A stretch of DNA of 64,000 bases. Origin: Sedimentisphaerales bacterium (GTDB taxonomy: Bacteria; Planctomycetota; Phycisphaerae; Sedimentisphaerales; Anaerobacaceae). The notes beneath the pieces were generated by a model, which ran no database searches, had not been told where the DNA came from, and saw only the letters and a program-made list of their open reading frames with translations. This document shows positions 59,259-64,000 of the stretch, piece after piece. A program made the position numbers and the translations under genes. The stretch is from NCBI GenBank assembly GCA_963708075.1, contig OY970194.1, positions 544,001-608,000 of the forward strand, read 5' to 3'. How positions within the stretch are numbered: position 1 is the first letter of the stretch; each line of letters opens with the position of its first letter.

Positions 59259-59302
59259 TTGCGGCAGGGCGATCATGAGTTCGCCCTGCCGCAATTGTTT
59301 TT
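59259..59302 (+). terminator. Rho-independent terminator
   Basis: TTGCGGCAGGGCGA / TCGCCCTGCCGCAA stem plus TTGTTTTT. Confidence 0.8.
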
Positions 59303-59311
59303 CACGTCTGA

Positions 59312-60883
59312 TTACTTCTCGATCTCCAGCACGACGACCGATTTGGCAGGGAGCCTGGCTTCAAAGCCGCCGTCTGTGACCTTGGCGTCGTTAAACACGG
59401 CGGGCTGAACGATGTTGGCGTTCTCGAAGGTGTTGTGTGCCGTGATTTCACCGGCCGTAAGGACTTGGCCGCTGATCCGCTTCGGAGCAAAGCCCCGCAC
59501 CTGTGCCTTGACGTTGACCGGGTTGTGCGGATCGATGTTGCACAATGACACGTGAATCTTGCCATCGCGGTCCTGGGAGGCGGAGACGTTCATCGCAGGC
59601 AACTTGTCCGCCTCGAACGTGTAGTCGGGGCCGGTCAGCTCCGTGGGCAGCAGCGTCGCGTCATGGTGGACCGTGTAGAGGTAATACACGTAATAGGTCG
59701 GCGTCAGGACCATTTTGGGGCCGTCCGTCAGGATCATCGCCTGAAGGACGTTTACAGTCTGGGCGATGTTTGCCATTTCGACCCGGTCGCAGCGGCTGTT
59801 GAAGATGTTGAGCGTCAGACCCGCCACCAGGGCGTCGCGTAGCGAATTCTGCTGGTAGAGGAATCCCGGGTTCGTGCCGGGCTCAACGTTGTGCCACACG
59901 CCCCACTCATCGACCAGCAGGGCGATGCGTTTCCGCGGGTCATGCTTGTCCATGATGGCGGTGTGCCTGGTGACAAGGGTTTCCATTTCGGTCGCACGAC
60001 GCATGGTGGCATGCCACAGTGCTTCATCGAACTGCGTGGCCGAGCCTTTGTTCCCCCAGTTCCCGGTTGGGACCGTGTAGTAATGCAGCGCCAGTCCATT
60101 CATGCGTCCTCCCACATTCGCCATCATCACCTCGGTCCAGTCGTAGTTGGCGTCGCTGGGGCCGCAGGCGATCTTGAAGAGGCGGTTCTCGCCGAAGTTG
60201 CGCACGTAGGTCTGATATCGCTTGTATTGGTCGGCGTAGAACTGAGCCGTCATGTTGCCCCCGCAGCCCCAGTTCTCATTGCCGACCCCGAAGTACCGTA
60301 GCTTCCAGGGCTTATCGCGGCCGTTCTGCCGGCGCAGGTCGGCCATCGGGCTCTTGCCGTCGAACGTGATATACTCGACCCAGTCGGCCATCTCCTCGAC
60401 GGTGCCGCTGCCGAGGTTGCCGCAGATATAGGGCTCGCAGCTTAACTGCTCGCACAGGTCCATGAACTCGTGCGTGCCGAAATGGTTGTTCTCCGTCACG
60501 CCGCCCCAGTGTGTATTGACCATCGTAGGCCGTTTCTCCCGCGGGCCGATGCCGTCTTTCCAGTGGTACTCATCGGCGAAGCAGCCGCCCGGCCAGCGAA
60601 GGACCGGGATCTTGATCGCCCGCAGGGCCTGAACGACGTCATTGCGGATGCCTCGCGTGTTCGGGATAGAGCTGTTCTCGCCGACCCAGAAGCCCTCGTA
60701 GATGCAACGGCCCAAATGCTCGGCGAAATGGCCGTAGATGCTCCGATTGATAGTCTCCTTGCCCTGGTCGGCCCGGATGGTAAGTTGGGCCGTCTTGTCT
60801 TGTGCTGCCGCCGGACAGGCGGACAAAGCAAGGGCAATCGTGAGACTGACCATGCAAGCTGCGGTTCTTCCTGAGACTGTCAT
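59312..60883 (-). CDS. abfA: Alpha-L-arabinofuranosidase, GH51
   Basis: [42 protein letters not shown]. Confidence 0.95.
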   Translation of the reverse strand: MTVSGRTAACMVSLTIALALSACPAAAQDKTAQLTIRADQGKETINRSIYGHFAEHLGRCIYEGFWVGENSSIPNTRGIRNDVVQALRAIKIPVLRWPGGCFADEYHWKDGIGPREKRPTMVNTHWGGVTENNHFGTHEFMDLCEQLSCEPYICGNLGSGTVEEMADWVEYITFDGKSPMADLRRQNGRDKPWKLRYFGVGNENWGCGGNMTAQFYADQYKRYQTYVRNFGENRLFKIACGPSDANYDWTEVMMANVGGRMNGLALHYYTVPTGNWGNKGSATQFDEALWHATMRRATEMETLVTRHTAIMDKHDPRKRIALLVDEWGVWHNVEPGTNPGFLYQQNSLRDALVAGLTLNIFNSRCDRVEMANIAQTVNVLQAMILTDGPKMVLTPTYYVYYLYTVHHDATLLPTELTGPDYTFEADKLPAMNVSASQDRDGKIHVSLCNIDPHNPVNVKAQVRGFAPKRISGQVLTAGEITAHNTFENANIVQPAVFNDAKVTDGGFEARLPAKSVVVLEIEK

Positions 60884-60921
60884 ACGATTCTCCTCTGACT
60901 TGTGAAGTGGTGACACTCCAG

Positions 60922-62145
60922 TTATGGCGTCTTCTCGGCGGACCAGGCCTGATCACCCGGCCGGGCTCCAGTCGCAGAATCACCCATCGTCAACGTCCTG
61001 AAGTTCTTGAACCTGTGGAATGTCAGGTAGTTGGCGTCATGCTGGCGGGGCGCCGCGGATGCGTCCTGGCCGTACGCGGTTCGTGAGGCGGCGATGATGT
61101 CTTCGCCTTCGAACAGCCAGTCCAGGTACTGAAATCCGTGCCGGTCCACGTCAGGATGGTAGAGAACGATGCAGCGAATCTCCCACTGGCGCAGATCGCC
61201 GGACCGCATCAGGGCCACGGCATTTCGTACCCGGGCCGGGTCCGGGTCCTTATGCCGTGGCAGGACAGGATTCGACAGACTCCAATACGTCTTCGCGCCT
61301 GGGTCGTAGCGGATGGTGAACTTCTTGCTGCCGCCGGGGAACGCGACAAAATCCGTTCCGGGATCGAACGAGGCTTGTCTGCCATCTCTGCTAACCCTGA
61401 TGATGGCGGCTCTCTCACCCTCCGGACGGTAGTCCACGCGGAGGATGTCTACGATTTCCCCTTCGGGCGTCACGACGGCGTTGCCCTCGAGCCAGCCTCC
61501 AAACTTGCCCTCCAGCCAGTGCGGGTCGCGGCCTATGCGGTTGCTCGAAACCCAGTTGTTGGCGTCAAGCAGGTTGGCATCGGCCGGTGCGGACATCATG
61601 AAGGCGCGGAAGTGGGTTCCCCAGCCGCCGGGACCCATGGCATTCTCCATGCCGCGCCAGATGCGGCCGCGGTGGACCACCACGGGGACCGGCGCACAAT
61701 GGTACTTGGCGTCGTCCAAAAGCAGGCCGCAGCTTCTGTCCTTCGGCGACGTCCAGGTCCTCCCGCCATCACTGGAACGGCTGATAACGGCAAAACCGTG
61801 GTTTCTGCTGGTTCCCATGAGGTACACGTCCGGGCCCACGACAAAGATGCTGGCCCAGTACATGCCCTTGACTGTCGCCAGGCGTGACCACGTCGCGCCC
61901 CGGTCGGCCGACCGGAAGACCGGGGTGACGGCCACATCTCGCTCCGTGGACCTTGGTCCGAACTCGTCATGCTTGGCGAGGTAGTCGCTGTTGGGAAGAA
62001 CCGCGATCCCCGGAGAGCCTATATACACCCTGGCTGAGGATGGAATGTGGTTGATCAGGACGCCGGGGACTTCCTCTGAGCCTGCTGGTGCGAGGCTCAC
62101 CAGGAGCAGAATGAGTGAAGAGCATGTGGCGTTCCGTCGAAACAT
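60922..62145 (-). CDS. BNR/sialidase-fold secreted protein
   Basis: Asp-boxes SADRGATW and [19 protein letters not shown]. Confidence 0.85.
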   Translation of the reverse strand: MFRRNATCSSLILLLVSLAPAGSEEVPGVLINHIPSSARVYIGSPGIAVLPNSDYLAKHDEFGPRSTERDVAVTPVFRSADRGATWSRLATVKGMYWASIFVVGPDVYLMGTSRNHGFAVISRSSDGGRTWTSPKDRSCGLLLDDAKYHCAPVPVVVHRGRIWRGMENAMGPGGWGTHFRAFMMSAPADANLLDANNWVSSNRIGRDPHWLEGKFGGWLEGNAVVTPEGEIVDILRVDYRPEGERAAIIRVSRDGRQASFDPGTDFVAFPGGSKKFTIRYDPGAKTYWSLSNPVLPRHKDPDPARVRNAVALMRSGDLRQWEIRCIVLYHPDVDRHGFQYLDWLFEGEDIIAASRTAYGQDASAAPRQHDANYLTFHRFKNFRTLTMGDSATGARPGDQAWSAEKTP

Positions 62146-62470
62146 CCGGTGGTTCCCCGTCCTTTCTGGCTGTCCGGGGCGTCGCCGGACAGCCGCGTGC
62201 CATGACGGGAATGAGTATAGTCGTGCTGTGGCCCGGCAGAAAGTACAAAAAATCACGAAACCGGCATTATACATATGTCATTGACAGGCGGGTTTTGGTA
62301 TACTATGCCCGTTTGTGGGTCCATCGCAGGAACAATCCTGTGGCAACATATGGTGAGGAGAGCGCGATTGGTTCCATCGCAGCCCGGGCGGCCCGTTCGG
62401 TGGCTCAAGTGACGAACGATGAGAGGCCCGCCGGATGGATGAGCAGTCTTAGAAAACGTGGAGATGGAAA

Positions 62471-63709
62471 ATGGTTGGCAAGAGTGTTCTGGTCGCTTTG
62501 GTGATTTGTCTTGTCAGTGTTCCGATGTGGGCGGCGGAAGAAGCCAAGCCGCCAGAAGCCAAGCCCTTCCGAATCGGCATGATCGGCCTCGACACGTCGC
62601 ACGTCACGGAATTCACGAAGTTGATCAATGATGCTCAGAAGAATTACGGCTGCAAAGTCGTGGCGGGTTACCCCGGCGGCTCTGCCGACATAGAGGCCTC
62701 GGCCAGCCGCGTCCCGGGATTCACGGCCGAGATGAAAGACAAGTATGGCGTGGAGATCGTCGGCACGATCGAAGAGCTTTGCCAGAAGGTGGACGGCGTC
62801 ATGCTGGAGAGCGTGGACGGGCGGCCCCACCTGGAGCAGGTCCGGCCGGTGCTCGCCGCGAAGAAGCCGGTCTTCATCGACAAGCCCGTGGCCGGCAGTC
62901 TCCCCCACGTATTGGAGATCTTCCGCCTGGCCAGGGAAGCCGGAGTGCCGTGCTGGTCCAGCTCGTCCCTGCGGTACACTCCTGCCATCAAAGGGGTGAA
63001 GAGCCGCGAGGAAGTCGGCGATATTCTGGGCTGCGATGCCTTCAGTCCGTGCAGTCTCGAGCCGCATCATCCGGACCTCTACTGGTACGGCGTCCACGGG
63101 GTGGAGATTCTGTTCACTGTCATGGGCACCGGATGCGAGTCCGTGCAACGCGTCCAGACGGATGGCTATGAGTGCGTTGTCGGGGTCTGGAAGGGCGGCC
63201 GGGTCGGCACCTTCCGCGGGCTGCGCGCGGGCAGACTCGACTACGGCGCCTTGGTCTTCGGCGCCAAGGGCATCGTCCGGGTTGGCAACAACGTAGGCTA
63301 CGAGCCCCTGATCGAGGAAGTCGTGAAGTTCTTCAAGACCGGCCAGGTTCCCGTGCCTCCGGAAGAGACGATTGAGATCTTCGCGTTCATGAGCGCCGCC
63401 GACGAATCGAAGGCGCAGAACGGTGCCCGTGTGACATTGGCCTCAGTCCTTGAAAAGGCCCAGAAGGGATTGCCGGCCCCCGCACCAGCCCCTGCGCCTG
63501 CGGCCGCACCGGCGACGCCTGCACCCGCACCTGCACCTGCAACGCCTGCACCGGCGCCAGCGACGCCTGCGCCTGCACCCGCGACGCCTGCTCCAGCGCC
63601 TGCACCGGCGACGCCTGCACCTGCACCGGCGACGCCTGCTCCTGCGCCGGCGACGCCTGCGCCTGCACCCGCGACGCCTGCTCCAGCGCCTGCACCGGCA
63701 CCAAAATAG
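62471..63709 (+). CDS. Gfo/Idh/MocA oxidoreductase with Sec signal and Pro/Ala/Thr repeat tail
   Basis: IGMIGLDTSH; FIDKP; SSSLRY; WYGVHG. Confidence 0.9.
   Translation: MVGKSVLVALVICLVSVPMWAAEEAKPPEAKPFRIGMIGLDTSHVTEFTKLINDAQKNYGCKVVAGYPGGSADIEASASRVPGFTAEMKDKYGVEIVGTIEELCQKVDGVMLESVDGRPHLEQVRPVLAAKKPVFIDKPVAGSLPHVLEIFRLAREAGVPCWSSSSLRYTPAIKGVKSREEVGDILGCDAFSPCSLEPHHPDLYWYGVHGVEILFTVMGTGCESVQRVQTDGYECVVGVWKGGRVGTFRGLRAGRLDYGALVFGAKGIVRVGNNVGYEPLIEEVVKFFKTGQVPVPPEETIEIFAFMSAADESKAQNGARVTLASVLEKAQKGLPAPAPAPAPAAAPATPAPAPAPATPAPAPATPAPAPATPAPAPAPATPAPAPATPAPAPATPAPAPATPAPAPAPAPK
63473..63706 (+). repeat. Coding tandem repeat (AP)nATP
   Basis: 21- and 27-nt units; identical 50-mers at 63560 and 63650. 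Confidence 0.95.
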
Positions 63710-63719
63710 ATCAAGGGCC

Positions 63720-64000
63720 TCAGACCTCTTCGGGAACCGCCCAGGGCTCGCGGTATGTTCGCTTCAGGTGCTTATTGGCGTCTGGTGCATCGACAAACGT
63801 CTCCGTCTTGGGATCGAACGCGAGCTTCCGATTCCCGGTGAGATAGGAGATGTTCGCCATGTGGCACAGCAGGGCCGAATAGTGGCCTTGCTCGACGTCC
63901 GCGTTTGGTTTCTCCCGCGTGCGGACGCACTGGATGAAGTTGTCCTGGTGCCATTTGTCGCCTTGCCGGCCGTAGCGGAAATCGATGACCTTGCCGTCGG
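63720..64000 (-). CDS. Gfo/Idh/MocA oxidoreductase C-terminus (truncated by window end)
   Basis: HQDNFIQCVRTREKPNADVEQGHYSALLCHMANISY..YREPWAVPEEV*; this frame is absent from the ORF track. Confidence 0.85.
   Translation of the reverse strand, partial: DGKVIDFRYGRQGDKWHQDNFIQCVRTREKPNADVEQGHYSALLCHMANISYLTGNRKLAFDPKTETFVDAPDANKHLKRTYREPWAVPEEV

Noticed and set aside
62281..62306. TTGACA with TATACT/TACTAT as a sigma70 promoter
   Set aside because: Spacer is only 12-14 nt, so it is not called, although a promoter is likely nearby.
63298..63714. Silk-like GAGAGV ORF on the minus strand
   Set aside because: It is the antisense reading of the Pro/Ala tail.

Overview
GC-rich, gene-dense bacterial chromosomal window. 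Gene content suggests Planctomycetota, probably Phycisphaerae/Sedimentisphaerales (inference from an LTD-CotH protein, a Tat-exported sulfatase and oxidoreductase, prepilin-type leaders and many [DE]PN motifs). No rRNA, tRNA, CRISPR array, integrase or transposase was recognised. Main blocks in order: a 5'-truncated repeat protein; a ~1810-aa secreted LTD/CotH/PKD gene broken by five +1 indels; an FKBP_N-cyclophilin chimera; two toxin-antitoxin pairs, one beside a split winged-helix-like/PD-(D/E)xK nuclease; an ABC-2 exporter; a NarL-type two-component system with an ECF sigma; DAHP synthase-chorismate mutase; a 10-gene type IV filament (T2SS/T4P-like) cluster followed by a multi-PAS two-component system; a Spy/CpxP-ECF-anti-sigma module; and glycan-active genes. 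Best leads: (1) the filament cluster, with three identically spaced sigma28-like promoters (TAAN-N16-GYCGA), a PilM-PilN fusion, non-Phe minor pilins and two in-frame stops in its ATPase N-domain; (2) the FKBP_N-cyclophilin chimera; (3) the TA plus nuclease islet; (4) a candidate NarL operator palindrome, a Trp-rich small ORF and three REP families. Several indels look like sequencing errors. All product calls are by eye from motifs; no database search was run.
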